The position numbers were made by a program, and so were the translations under genes. The notes under the pieces were generated by a model. That model saw only the letters and a list, made by a program, of their open reading frames with translations, did no database searches and was not told the DNA's origin. 64,000 bases of DNA, taken from assembly GCA_040756875.1 (NCBI GenBank), contig JBFLYH010000002.1, positions 959,078 to 1,023,077 on the forward strand, written 5' to 3'. The DNA is from a candidate division FCPU426 bacterium. GTDB taxonomy: Bacteria > Oederibacteriota > JAAXVQ01 > JAUVAV01. How positions within the stretch are numbered: the first letter of the stretch is position 1; each line of letters starts with the position of its first letter. Below are positions 29,248 to 40,115 of this stretch, piece by piece.

Positions 29248-29801
29248 ACCGACCAGACTGGCCGAACCCTTATCGGTTGCTCGCGCATCCTGCTTTCATC
29301 CTGGCTTCGGCCGCGCTGATGGTCATTGCTTACAGTTGCATGACCCACGGCTTCGCCCGCCATGCCCTGGATCACATCCTGGCCTTTCAGCTCTCCTTCA
29401 CCCCCGCCCGGGCGCTGCGGGCGATTGCGGAGTGGGGCCTGCCGGGCGTCCAGGCGTATATGGCCAGCATGTGGCTGGATTTTATTTTTCCGCTGGGCTA
29501 CGGGCTGTTCATTTCGGGCCTGTTGGCCAGGACGCTGATCCGCGGCGGCGAACAAGCGAATGCCCGCACCCTGCGGCTGGCGGCGCTGCCCTGGACGGCC
29601 GTGGGCTGCGATTACCTGGAAAACGTGCTGCACCTGTGGATGCTTTCCCGCGGCTGGCCCAGCGAGTGGCTGCCCCTGCTCGCGGCTTCCATAGCCGCGG
29701 CCATCAAGTGGGGGATCATGGCTTTCGTGATCCTGGCCCTGCTCGCCACCTGGGGCCGGCGGCTGATTGAGCGTTTTTTCCCTATGGCCTCCCGTCCCTG
29801 A
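29244..29801 (+). CDS. Hypothetical membrane protein
   Basis: ATGA overlap; four hydrophobic segments; LDFIFPL.Y and DYLEN motifs. Confidence 0.7.
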   Translation: MNRPDWPNPYRLLAHPAFILASAALMVIAYSCMTHGFARHALDHILAFQLSFTPARALRAIAEWGLPGVQAYMASMWLDFIFPLGYGLFISGLLARTLIRGGEQANARTLRLAALPWTAVGCDYLENVLHLWMLSRGWPSEWLPLLAASIAAAIKWGIMAFVILALLATWGRRLIERFFPMASRP

Positions 29802-29843
29802 TTTTTTCCTGGTTATTTCGTTGTTCGTCTGTCCCGGTTGTCC

Positions 29844-29871
29844 TTGACAGCTCCCCAGCCGCTGCTATAAT
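29844..29871 (+). promoter_or_regulatory. sigma70 promoter
   Basis: TTGACA-16 nt-TATAAT with TGn extension. Confidence 0.8.
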
Positions 29872-29918
29872 CTGGGCCAACGCGGTTTTCTCATCAAGGG
29901 TCCAAAGGAGTCCTGGCC

Positions 29919-30086
29919 ATGAAAGGCAATTCTGCTTGCGGTGGGTGGTACTTCATCGCCATGATCGGCGCGGCGGTTTATTTCGTCCAGCAATCCGCCA
30001 CGTTCTGGGGCGGCGTGCTTGGCGTGTTGAAAGCCCTGGTCTGGCCCGCGTTCCTGATTTATCGCCTACTGGTCTACCTCGCGTAA
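29919..30086 (+). CDS. 55-aa membrane microprotein (absent from the ORF track)
   Basis: AAAGGAG RBS; MKGNSACGGWYFIAMIGAAVYFVQQSATFWGGVLGVLKALVWPAFLIYRLLVYLA; own promoter. Confidence 0.8.
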   Translation: MKGNSACGGWYFIAMIGAAVYFVQQSATFWGGVLGVLKALVWPAFLIYRLLVYLA

Positions 30087-30166
30087 CCGGCTGTCTTCCT
30101 ATTATATAGCGGAAGCCTCCGAACCCCGCGGGCCGGCGTTTTGGCTGGAAACGCGGCTTTCCTTGA

Positions 30167-30195
30167 TTGACTTTCCCTGGCGCCTTGCGTATATT
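30167..30195 (+). promoter_or_regulatory. Putative sigma70 promoter of the TCA cluster
   Basis: TTGACT-17 nt-TATATT. Confidence 0.65.
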
Positions 30196-30265
30196 TAACC
30201 CCCAAAGCCAGCCGAGTTCTGGTTTGTTTGTCCGGCTGGTATTTGGGAAGAAGGAGGCGCCTGTC

Positions 30266-31657
30266 ATGATCAAATACGACCACCACCATCACACTCTCAA
30301 GCGGGATGAATTCCGCTATCAGCTGCAGGAAGTCAAGGAACCCAATCTGTACCGCGACATCTATACCTATGAAATGCCGCCCCTGCTGTGCTTCAACCAC
30401 CGCATATCGCCTCTGATGCCGGCCGAGGATATTTGGATCACAGACACGACTTTCCGCGACGGGCAGCAGGCGCTGCCGCCCTTTACGCCGGACCAGATCG
30501 TCCACCTCTACGACCTGCTGCACAAACTGTCCGGGCCGCGGGGCCTGATCCGCCAATCCGAGTTCTTTTTGTATACCGACAAGGACAAGGAAGCAGTGCG
30601 GCGCTGTCTGGAGCGCGGCTACGAGTTTCCCGAAGTCACGGGCTGGATCCGCGCCAAGAAGGAAGACCTCAGCCTGGTCAAGGAAATCGGCATCAAGGAA
30701 ACGGGCATTTTGACCTCGGCCTCTGACTATCATATTTTCAACAAACTGAAAATGACCCGGCGCCAGGCCCTGGACAGCTACCTGGAGATCGTACGCGCCG
30801 CGCTGGAGATGGGCGTGATTCCGCGCTGCCACTTGGAGGACATCACCCGGGCGGATTTCTACGGCTTCGTCATCCCCTTTGCCCAGGAGCTCATGAAGCT
30901 TTCGCGGGAAGCCGGCGTGCCGGTCAAGATCCGGGCCTGCGACACCCTGGGGTACGGCGTGAGCATTCCGGGCGTCATGCTGCCGCGCAACGTGAACGGC
31001 ATCATCTACGGCCTCAAAGAATATGCCGGCGTGCCTTCGGAGCTGATGGAGTGGCACGGCCACAACGATTTCTACCGCGCGCTGAGCAATTCCGTGGCCG
31101 CCTGGCTGTACGGCTGCTCGGCTGCGAACGGCACCCTGCTCGGCATCGGCGAACGCACGGGCAACACGGCCATCGAGGCCCTGATCATCGAATACATCGG
31201 CCTGCGCGGGGAATTGGCGGGCGTGGATACGTCCGTGATCACCGAGGTGGCCGAGTACTTCGAAAAGGAACTCAAATACGTCATACCGCACAACCAGCCG
31301 CTGGTGGGCAAGAACTTCAACGTCACCCGGGCCGGGATCCATGCGGACGGGCTGATGAAGGACCAGGAAATCTATAATATCTTCGACACGGAAAAACTGT
31401 TAAAGCGGCCGGTGGACATCGGCATCACGGACAAATCCGGCGCGGCCGGCATCGCCTACTGGCTCAACGCGCGCCTCAAGATCCCCGAGGCGCACAAAGT
31501 GCAAAAGAACGATCCGGGCGTCATAGCCATCAAGGATTGGGTGGACCTGGAATATAAAAACGGGCGCATTACCGGCATTTCCGACGAGGAAATGTGGGAA
31601 CAGGCCCGCATCCACTTTTCCGAGTGGGTGGGTTACGCCCAGAATGACAGGCGGTAG
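30266..31657 (+). CDS. Re-citrate synthase-like enzyme (DRE-TIM / isopropylmalate synthase family)
   Basis: WITDTTFRDGQQ, HLEDITRAD, EWHGHND, GIGERTGN, TRAGIHADG; first gene of a TCA cluster; AAGGAGG RBS. Confidence 0.8.
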   Translation: MIKYDHHHHTLKRDEFRYQLQEVKEPNLYRDIYTYEMPPLLCFNHRISPLMPAEDIWITDTTFRDGQQALPPFTPDQIVHLYDLLHKLSGPRGLIRQSEFFLYTDKDKEAVRRCLERGYEFPEVTGWIRAKKEDLSLVKEIGIKETGILTSASDYHIFNKLKMTRRQALDSYLEIVRAALEMGVIPRCHLEDITRADFYGFVIPFAQELMKLSREAGVPVKIRACDTLGYGVSIPGVMLPRNVNGIIYGLKEYAGVPSELMEWHGHNDFYRALSNSVAAWLYGCSAANGTLLGIGERTGNTAIEALIIEYIGLRGELAGVDTSVITEVAEYFEKELKYVIPHNQPLVGKNFNVTRAGIHADGLMKDQEIYNIFDTEKLLKRPVDIGITDKSGAAGIAYWLNARLKIPEAHKVQKNDPGVIAIKDWVDLEYKNGRITGISDEEMWEQARIHFSEWVGYAQNDRR

Positions 31658-31663
31658 CGTCCC

Positions 31664-32911
31664 ATGTCCAAGCTGACGTACACCCCGCCTGCCTCCGGCG
31701 AAACGATCGCCTGGCAGGACGGGCGCCTGCAGGTGCCGGACCGGCCCATCGTCGCTTTCGTCGAGGGCGACGGCATCGGCCCGGACATCTGGCGCGCCAG
31801 CCGGCAGGTGCTGGACGCGGCCGTGGAAGCCGTATACCAGGGCCGGCGGCGGATCCACTGGCTGGAAGTACTGTGCGGCGAGAAAGCCGTGGCCGCCGGC
31901 CATTCCGCGCTGCCCGAGGAAACCCTGGAAGCCATCCGCCGCTACCGCGTGGCCATCAAGGGGCCGCTGACCACTCCGGTCGGAGGCGGGTTCCGTTCCC
32001 TCAACGTCAGCCTGCGCCAGCTGCTCGACCTCTACGCCTGCGTGCGGCCGGTGCGTTACTACGCCGGCACCCCGGCGCCGGTGAAACAGCCCGAAAAACT
32101 CGACGTGGTGATCTTCCGCGAGAACACCGAGGACGTGTACGCCGGCCTCGAATGGCCCAGCAACAGCCCCGAGGCGCGCAAGCTCGCGGCCTTTGTCACC
32201 GCTGAGCTCAAGCAGCCCGTGGCCGGGGACGCGGGCCTGGGCTTGAAGCCCATGACCCGCGCCAACACCCAGCGCCTGGTGCGGGCCGCGATACAATTCG
32301 CCCTGGACCACGGCCGGCCTTCGGTCACCCTGGTGCACAAGGGCAACATCATGAAATACACCGAAGGCGCGTTCCGCGACTGGGGCTACGAAGTGGCGGC
32401 CGCGGAATTCGCCGGCCGCGCGGTGACGGAAAAAGACCTGGCCGAAAAACACGGCGGCAAAGCCCCGGCCGGCTGCGTGGTGATCAAGGACCGGATCGCG
32501 GACGCCATGTTCCAGCAGGTGCTGCTGCGGCCGGACGAATACTCGGTGCTCGCCACGCCCAACCTCAACGGCGATTACCTCTCCGACGCCTGCGCCGCCC
32601 AGGTGGGCGGCCTGGGCATGGCCCCGGGCGCGAATCTCGGCGACGGCCTGGCCGTGTTCGAAGCCACGCACGGCACGGCGCCCAAGTACGCGGGCCAGGA
32701 CAAAGTCAACCCCGGTTCGCTGATCCTTTCCGGCGTCATGCTGTTGGAGCATTTGGGGTGGGTGGAGGCGGCCCGCGCGATTCAACAGGCGCTGGAGCGC
32801 ACGATCCTCTCGGGCGTGGTAACCTATGATCTGGCCCGGCAGATGCCCAAAAGCCGCGAGGTCAAGTGCAGCGCCTTTGCGGCCGAGATCGTTTCCCATT
32901 TGTCCGCCTGA
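31664..32911 (+). CDS. icd: Isocitrate dehydrogenase
   Basis: [50 protein letters not shown]. Confidence 0.95.
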   Translation: MSKLTYTPPASGETIAWQDGRLQVPDRPIVAFVEGDGIGPDIWRASRQVLDAAVEAVYQGRRRIHWLEVLCGEKAVAAGHSALPEETLEAIRRYRVAIKGPLTTPVGGGFRSLNVSLRQLLDLYACVRPVRYYAGTPAPVKQPEKLDVVIFRENTEDVYAGLEWPSNSPEARKLAAFVTAELKQPVAGDAGLGLKPMTRANTQRLVRAAIQFALDHGRPSVTLVHKGNIMKYTEGAFRDWGYEVAAAEFAGRAVTEKDLAEKHGGKAPAGCVVIKDRIADAMFQQVLLRPDEYSVLATPNLNGDYLSDACAAQVGGLGMAPGANLGDGLAVFEATHGTAPKYAGQDKVNPGSLILSGVMLLEHLGWVEAARAIQQALERTILSGVVTYDLARQMPKSREVKCSAFAAEIVSHLSA

Positions 32912-32939
32912 CCACCGCCCCCTCCCCGTTCCGGGAAAA

Positions 32940-33118
32940 ACAGCAAAACCATCCTCCCTTCGCCCCGTTGGATACCGGCGGAAGACGTCCTTACCAGCCT
33001 ATCCGTAAAAAGGTTTGTTCGGATTCGGATTTGCCCTTCCGAATCCGAACATGGAATGCCAGAGGCCTTAAGGCGGATTCCGACGGTATCCTGCGGAGCG
33101 GTGAATGGGCTTTGTTGT
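32940..33118 (+). other. ~180-nt rod-like structured intergenic element
   Basis: Nested complementary pairs, e.g. GGATACCG/CGGTATCC and a 14-bp perfect inner stem 33016-33029/33038-33051. Confidence 0.6.
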
Positions 33119-33191
33119 TCGAATCTGGTTTTTTTTAGAAAGTATGTTAAGATAGCCCCGGAATTTATTCGTTCCTCCGAAGGAGCTCCTT

Positions 33192-34145
33192 ATGGCACGT
33201 CGAAAAATCACGGTCATCGGCGCGGGCAACGTGGGCGCGAGCGTGGCGCAGCAGGTGCTGGCCCAGCACCTGGGGGACGTGGTGCTGGTGGACGTGCAGG
33301 AAGACCTGGCCCAGGGTAAAGCCCTGGATTTGTCGCAGGCCGGCGCGATCCTGGGATATACCGGCAGCTGCGTGGGCACGGGCAAATACGAAGAGACCAT
33401 CGATTCCGACGTCATCGTCGTGACCTCGGGTTCGCCGCGCAAGCCGGGCATGAGCCGCGACGACCTGCTGAAAATCAACTGCGAAATTGTGCACACCGTG
33501 GTCGGCCACGCGGCCGCCGCCTCGCCGGACGCCGTGCTGGTGGTGGTGACCAATCCGCTCGACGCCATGACCTATGCCGCCCTGAAGGCTTCGGGGTTTC
33601 CGGCGCGGCGCGTAACCGGCATGGCCGGGATTCTGGACACGGCCCGCTACCGTTTTTTCCTGTCCCTGGCGCTGGGCGTGTCGCCGGAGAACGTGGAGGC
33701 CATGGTCCTGGGCGGGCACGGCGATGAAATGGTGCCGTGCGTGCCCCTGACCCGCGTGGGCGGTTCGCCGGTCGCGGACTGGCTGCCTGCCGAGGAGCTG
33801 GAGCGGCTGGTGGCCCGGACCCGCGCCGGCGGCGCTGAAATCGTCCAGTTGCTGAAAAGCGGCAGCGCCTATTACGCGCCGGCCGCGGCCGCGGTGCGGA
33901 TGGTGGGCGCGATCCTGCGCGACGAGCAGGCGCTCCTGCCCTGCGCCGCCTGGCTGGAGGGGGAATACGGACTGCGCGACGTCATGGTGGGCGTGCCCGT
34001 GGTCCTGGGGCGCGCGGGCATCCTGAGAATTCCGGAACTCAAGCTCGCAGCCGAAGACCTGGCCGCGCTCCGGCGTTCCGCCGAGGCGGTGCGCGAGCTG
34101 ATGCGCCAGGTGGATGAGTGGTGCCTGGGGAACCTGCCCAAATGA
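33192..34145 (+). CDS. mdh: Malate dehydrogenase (LDH-like)
   Basis: GAGNVG, PRKPGMSRDDLL, VTNPLD, LGGHGD, GSAYYAP. Confidence 0.93.
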   Translation: MARRKITVIGAGNVGASVAQQVLAQHLGDVVLVDVQEDLAQGKALDLSQAGAILGYTGSCVGTGKYEETIDSDVIVVTSGSPRKPGMSRDDLLKINCEIVHTVVGHAAAASPDAVLVVVTNPLDAMTYAALKASGFPARRVTGMAGILDTARYRFFLSLALGVSPENVEAMVLGGHGDEMVPCVPLTRVGGSPVADWLPAEELERLVARTRAGGAEIVQLLKSGSAYYAPAAAAVRMVGAILRDEQALLPCAAWLEGEYGLRDVMVGVPVVLGRAGILRIPELKLAAEDLAALRRSAEAVRELMRQVDEWCLGNLPK

Positions 34146-34249
34146 CGCGGGAGCGGGCGGGCGAAAGCGGAAAATAGGGAACAGACCGCCGTTCGGGTTG
34201 CCGGAGGGTCCGGCGCCGGTTCCGGAGTGGCCAAGAGAGGGGTGGGCGC

Positions 34250-35092
34250 ATGCGGGAAATCACCGTTGAATCCGTGCAGAAGGCCGTGGTCACGGCCTTG
34301 AAAGAGCTCCATTACCAGTTGCGGCCCGATTTACGGACGCGCATCCAATCCGCGATCGAACAGGAAGCGTCGCCCCTGGGACGTCAGTCCCTGGAGCTGC
34401 TTCTGGACAACGCCAAAATGGCTTCGGCCGGCGTGCAGCCCTTGTGCCAGGACACGGGGCTGACCACGATCTTCGTGGAACTGGGGCAGGAAGTGCAAAT
34501 CACCGGGGGCTCCCTCGAAGCCGCGCTGCAGGAAGGCGTGCGCCAGGGGTCCGCGGAACTGCGCCTGCGGCACTCCGTGGCCGGGCATCCCCTGAAGCGC
34601 GTCAACACCGGTGACAACACGCCGGCGTTTATTCATTACGAGATCGTGCCGGGCAAAGGCTGCAAGCTGCGGGTGCTGGCCAAGGGCGGCGGCAGCGAGA
34701 ATATGAGCGCCCTGGCCATGCTGCTGCCTTCGGCCGGCATGGAAGGCGTCACGGATTTCGTGCTCAACCATGTCCGCCTGCACGGCGCCATGGCCTGCCC
34801 GCCCCTGATTGTCGGCGTGGGCGTGGGCGGCAGCTTCGAGACCGCGCCGCTGCTGGCCAAAAAAGCGCTGCTGCGCCCGGTGGGCCAGCCCTCGTCCGAT
34901 CCGGAGACCGCGGCGTGGGAGGATAAGTTGCTCGGCTGGATCAACCGCCTGGGCATTGGCCCGCAGGGGTGGGGCGGCACGACCACCGCCCTGGCCGTGG
35001 CCATCGAGACCGCGCCCTGCCACATCGCGTCCCTGCCCGCGGCCGTGAACATCGAATGCCACAGCCACCGCATGGCGGAGGTGATGCTATGA
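34250..35092 (+). CDS. Class I fumarate hydratase, alpha subunit
   Basis: PLCQDTG, KGGGSEN, ACPP, PCHIASLP, CHSHR. Confidence 0.88.
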   Translation: MREITVESVQKAVVTALKELHYQLRPDLRTRIQSAIEQEASPLGRQSLELLLDNAKMASAGVQPLCQDTGLTTIFVELGQEVQITGGSLEAALQEGVRQGSAELRLRHSVAGHPLKRVNTGDNTPAFIHYEIVPGKGCKLRVLAKGGGSENMSALAMLLPSAGMEGVTDFVLNHVRLHGAMACPPLIVGVGVGGSFETAPLLAKKALLRPVGQPSSDPETAAWEDKLLGWINRLGIGPQGWGGTTTALAVAIETAPCHIASLPAAVNIECHSHRMAEVML

Positions 35093-35649
35093 GCGGCAAA
35101 TGGTTGCAGTTGCCCCTGGATCCCAAGGCGGTGGAAGAGCTGGCCGTGGGCCAGTGGGTGAATTTGTCCGGGCCGCTCATCACGGCGCGCGACGCGGCCT
35201 TGAAGCGCATCTATAACCTGCTGCTGGAATACAAAAAGCCGCCGGTGGACCTGCAAAACCAGCTGGTGTATTTCGTCGGCCCCACGCCCGCGGCGCCGGG
35301 CGAGCAGATCGGTTCCGCCGGGCCCACCACCAGCCGCCGCATGGAGCCGTACCTTCCCTCCCTGTTGTCGGCCGGCGTCAAAGCCGTCATGGGGAAGGGT
35401 CCGCTGTCCGAGGGCATGGTCGCCGAGTTCCACCGGCGCGGCGCGATCTATCTGGCCGCGGCCGGCGGCGCGGGCGCGTACTACGGCTCCAAAGTGCGCG
35501 GCGCCATGGTCATGGCCTACGAAGAACTGGGGCCCGAAGCCGTCTACAGCCTGATGGTGGACAATTTTCCGGCGGTCGTGGCCATTGACCTCAAGGGCGG
35601 CAATCTGTTCGAGCAGGGGCCGAAAGCCTATTTCAGGGAGCAAGCATGA
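35089..35649 (+). CDS. Class I fumarate hydratase, beta subunit
   Basis: TARDAA, GPTTSRRM, GKG, ELGPEAV. Confidence 0.88.
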   Translation: MSGKWLQLPLDPKAVEELAVGQWVNLSGPLITARDAALKRIYNLLLEYKKPPVDLQNQLVYFVGPTPAAPGEQIGSAGPTTSRRMEPYLPSLLSAGVKAVMGKGPLSEGMVAEFHRRGAIYLAAAGGAGAYYGSKVRGAMVMAYEELGPEAVYSLMVDNFPAVVAIDLKGGNLFEQGPKAYFREQA

Positions 35650-37604
35650 AGCGAAAGACCGTCTCCAGCCGCGCGCCGCTGACCGCGGCTGAAAAAATCC
35701 TGGCCGCCCACGGCATGGCCGCGGGGAGCCGGCCCGGCGATGAAATCGCCCTGCGCATTGACCAGACCCTGACCCAGGACGCGACCGGTACCCTGGCCTG
35801 GCTGCAGTTCGAGGCGCTGGGCCTGCCGCGGGTCAAGACCCGCCTGTCGGTTTCCTACGTGGACCACAATACCCTGCAAACCGGATTCGAGAACGCCGAC
35901 GACCACGCCTATCTGCAGAGCGCCGCCCGAAAATTCGGCGCGGTGTTTTCGCGGCCCGGCAACGGCATCTGCCACCAGGTGCACCTGGAACGGTTCGGCA
36001 AGCCCTGGGCCACGCTGCTCGGCTCGGATTCCCACACGCCCACGGCCGGCGGCCTGGGCTCGCTTGCCATCGGCGCGGGCGGGCTGGATGTGGCCGCGGC
36101 CATGGCCGGCGCGCCGTTCTACCTGCTCCATCCGAAGATCCTCAACGTGCTGCTCACCGGCCGGCTGGCCAGGCGCGTTTCGGCCAAGGACGTGATATTG
36201 GAAGTGCTGCGCCGGATTTCCGTCAAGGGCGGGGTGGGCAAGATCCTCGAATACTCCGGTCCGGGCGCGGCCTCGCTCTCCGTGCCCGAACGGGCCACGA
36301 TCACGAACATGGGCGCCGAGACCGGCGCCACCACCAGCCTGTTTCCCGCGGACGCCACCACCCGCGCTTTTCTGGCTTACCAGGGCCGGGCCAGGGAGTA
36401 CCGGCCTTTGGCCGCGGACCCGGGCGCGGTTTATTCCGGCGGCGAGCTGGCGATCGACCTGTCGCGCCTGGAGCCGCTGGCCGCCAAACCCCACTCGCCG
36501 GACGCGGTCGTGCCGGTCCGCGAGCTGGCCGGGCTCAAACCCCAGCAGGTGGTCATCGGCTCCTGCACCAACTCCTCCCTGGCCGACCTGGCGACCGTGG
36601 CCGGGCTGCTGGCCGGCCGGCGCGTCCACCCCGACGTGTCGCTGGTGATCACGCCCGGCTCCCAGCAGGTGCTCAACGCCCTGGCGGAGAACGGCGCGCT
36701 CGCGGCCCTGATCACGGCCGGCGCGCGGGTCATGGAGCCCGCCTGCGGCGCCTGCATCGGCATGGGCCAGGCGCCGGCCACGGGCGCGGTGACCCTGCGC
36801 ACCTTCAATCGCAATTTCAAGGGCCGGTCCGGCACGCCGGACGCCCAGGTGTACCTGGTTTCAGCCGAGACCGCGGCCGCGGCCGCGGTCATGGGATCGG
36901 TCGTGGATCCGCGCCGCTTTCAGGCCGCCAAGACCTTCCGCCTGCCGAAACGCGCCGAGGCCTCGGACAGCCTGCTCATCCGCCCCGCGGCCCGGAAGCA
37001 GGCGGTTGAGATCGTGCGGGGGCCCAACATCAAGCCCCTGCCGCAGTTCGCGCCGCTCGCGGACGCGGACCAGGGCCAGGTCCTGGCCAAGTTCGGGGAC
37101 CACGTGACCACGGACGACATCATGCCCGCGGGCGCCAAGCTTCTGCCCCTGCGCTCCAACATCCCGGCCCTGGCGCAGCACGTCTTCTCGCGTCTGGACG
37201 CGGACTTCAGCCGACGCAGCCAGGAGCAGGGGGGCGGCTACGTGGTGGGTGGCGACAACTACGGCCAGGGCTCCTCGCGGGAGCACGCGGCCCTGGCGCC
37301 GCGCTACCTCGGCGTGCGCGCCGTGCTGGTCAAGTCCTTCGCGCGCATCCACCTGGCCAACCTCATCAATTTCGGCATCGTGCCCCTGACCTTCCGCGAT
37401 CCGGCGGATTACGGCCGGGTGGAGGCCGGGCACACGCTGAGCCTGCCGGACCTCAAGGCCGACCTCGCGGCCGGCCGGGCCGTGCGCGTGAAAAACCTCA
37501 CCACGGGCGCGGCCTGGGAGATGGAGTGCACCCTGACGCCCCGCCAGCGCGAGCTGGTGCTGGCGGGCGGGACGCTCAATTATCTGAAACGGCATTTTGC
37601 CTGA
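35646..37604 (+). CDS. Aconitate hydratase (short ~650-aa type)
   Basis: DQTLTQDATG, GICHQVH, GSDSHT, GSCTN, CGACIG, NRNF, GSSREHA. Confidence 0.9.
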   Translation: MKRKTVSSRAPLTAAEKILAAHGMAAGSRPGDEIALRIDQTLTQDATGTLAWLQFEALGLPRVKTRLSVSYVDHNTLQTGFENADDHAYLQSAARKFGAVFSRPGNGICHQVHLERFGKPWATLLGSDSHTPTAGGLGSLAIGAGGLDVAAAMAGAPFYLLHPKILNVLLTGRLARRVSAKDVILEVLRRISVKGGVGKILEYSGPGAASLSVPERATITNMGAETGATTSLFPADATTRAFLAYQGRAREYRPLAADPGAVYSGGELAIDLSRLEPLAAKPHSPDAVVPVRELAGLKPQQVVIGSCTNSSLADLATVAGLLAGRRVHPDVSLVITPGSQQVLNALAENGALAALITAGARVMEPACGACIGMGQAPATGAVTLRTFNRNFKGRSGTPDAQVYLVSAETAAAAAVMGSVVDPRRFQAAKTFRLPKRAEASDSLLIRPAARKQAVEIVRGPNIKPLPQFAPLADADQGQVLAKFGDHVTTDDIMPAGAKLLPLRSNIPALAQHVFSRLDADFSRRSQEQGGGYVVGGDNYGQGSSREHAALAPRYLGVRAVLVKSFARIHLANLINFGIVPLTFRDPADYGRVEAGHTLSLPDLKADLAAGRAVRVKNLTTGAAWEMECTLTPRQRELVLAGGTLNYLKRHFA

Positions 37605-37626
37605 TTCCACCAAGGAGGTTAGGATC

Positions 37627-38166
37627 ATGCGCCAATGGATCGTCCTGGGCACGGCGGCGCTGCTGCTGGCCGGCGGCTGCGCCAGCGTGCCCGAAATCAA
37701 AGGAAAGGAAGCGAAGACCGAAACCATGACCGAAAGCACACCTGCCACCGAAGCTGTTATTCAGACCAACAAAGGCGAGATCGTGTTCAAGTTCTACCCT
37801 GAAGACGCACCCAAGACCGTGGAGAATTTCGTCAAGCTGGCGCGCAAGGGCTTTTACGACGGGCTGACTTTCCACCGCGTGGTGCCGAACTTCGTCATCC
37901 AGGGCGGAGATCCCAAGGGCGACGGCACCGGCGGGCCCGGTTACACCGTTCCCGCGGAATTCAACAGCCGCTCGCACCTGACGGGCACGGTGGCCATGGC
38001 GCGGGCCTTGGATCCCAACTCCGCGGGCAGCCAGTTCTACATCTGCCTCGCCCGTCAGCCCGGCCTCGACGGACAGTACACGGTCTTCGGCCAGGTCACC
38101 TCGGGCATGGACGTGGTGCAATCGATCCGCGTGGGCGACAAAATGCTCAAGGTCACGGTGCGCTGA
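37627..38166 (+). CDS. Cyclophilin-type peptidyl-prolyl isomerase, lipoprotein
   Basis: LAGGC lipobox; FHRVVPNFVIQGGDP, SAGSQFYI, YTVFG. Confidence 0.93.
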   Translation: MRQWIVLGTAALLLAGGCASVPEIKGKEAKTETMTESTPATEAVIQTNKGEIVFKFYPEDAPKTVENFVKLARKGFYDGLTFHRVVPNFVIQGGDPKGDGTGGPGYTVPAEFNSRSHLTGTVAMARALDPNSAGSQFYICLARQPGLDGQYTVFGQVTSGMDVVQSIRVGDKMLKVTVR

Positions 38167-38270
38167 AGCGGATAAAAAAATTTGCGGAACGCAAGAAAAC
38201 ATTTCTCCTTTGACGCGCGAATGTGCTATAAAAGAATTAACACATGCACGTCGAAAAAGGAGGTGACAGC

Positions 38271-38321
38271 ATGGCGGTGAAGAAGGCGAAGAAAAAGGCC
38301 ACGAAGAAGAAAAAGAAATAA
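38271..38321 (+). CDS. 16-aa Lys-rich microprotein MAVKKAKKKATKKKKK
   Basis: AAGGAGGTGA SD 4 nt before ATG; upstream TGCTATAAA extended -10; downstream terminator. Confidence 0.65.
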   Translation: MAVKKAKKKATKKKKK

Positions 38322-38362
38322 GTTGATTCGATTTCGTGTGCATTGATACGCTTTGGTTTGCG

Positions 38363-38395
38363 AACCGGAGGGGGCCCTGCTCCCTCCGGTTTTTT
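38363..38395 (+). terminator. Intrinsic terminator
   Basis: AACCGGAGGG...CCCTCCGGTT followed by T-tract. Confidence 0.85.
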
Positions 38396-38447
38396 ATTCA
38401 TCTCCTTTAATCTCCCGCGTCGGCGTTTTTAGCGGCGTCCTTAACGC

Positions 38448-38476
38448 TTGACATTCATGCGGGTCAGGCGTATCTT
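38448..38476 (+). promoter_or_regulatory. sigma70 promoter of the pyr operon
   Basis: TTGACA-17 nt-TATCTT. Confidence 0.72.
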
Positions 38477-38491
38477 CTTAAACGGTCGCAA

Positions 38492-40098
<1,607 letters not shown>

Positions 40099-40115
<17 letters not shown>

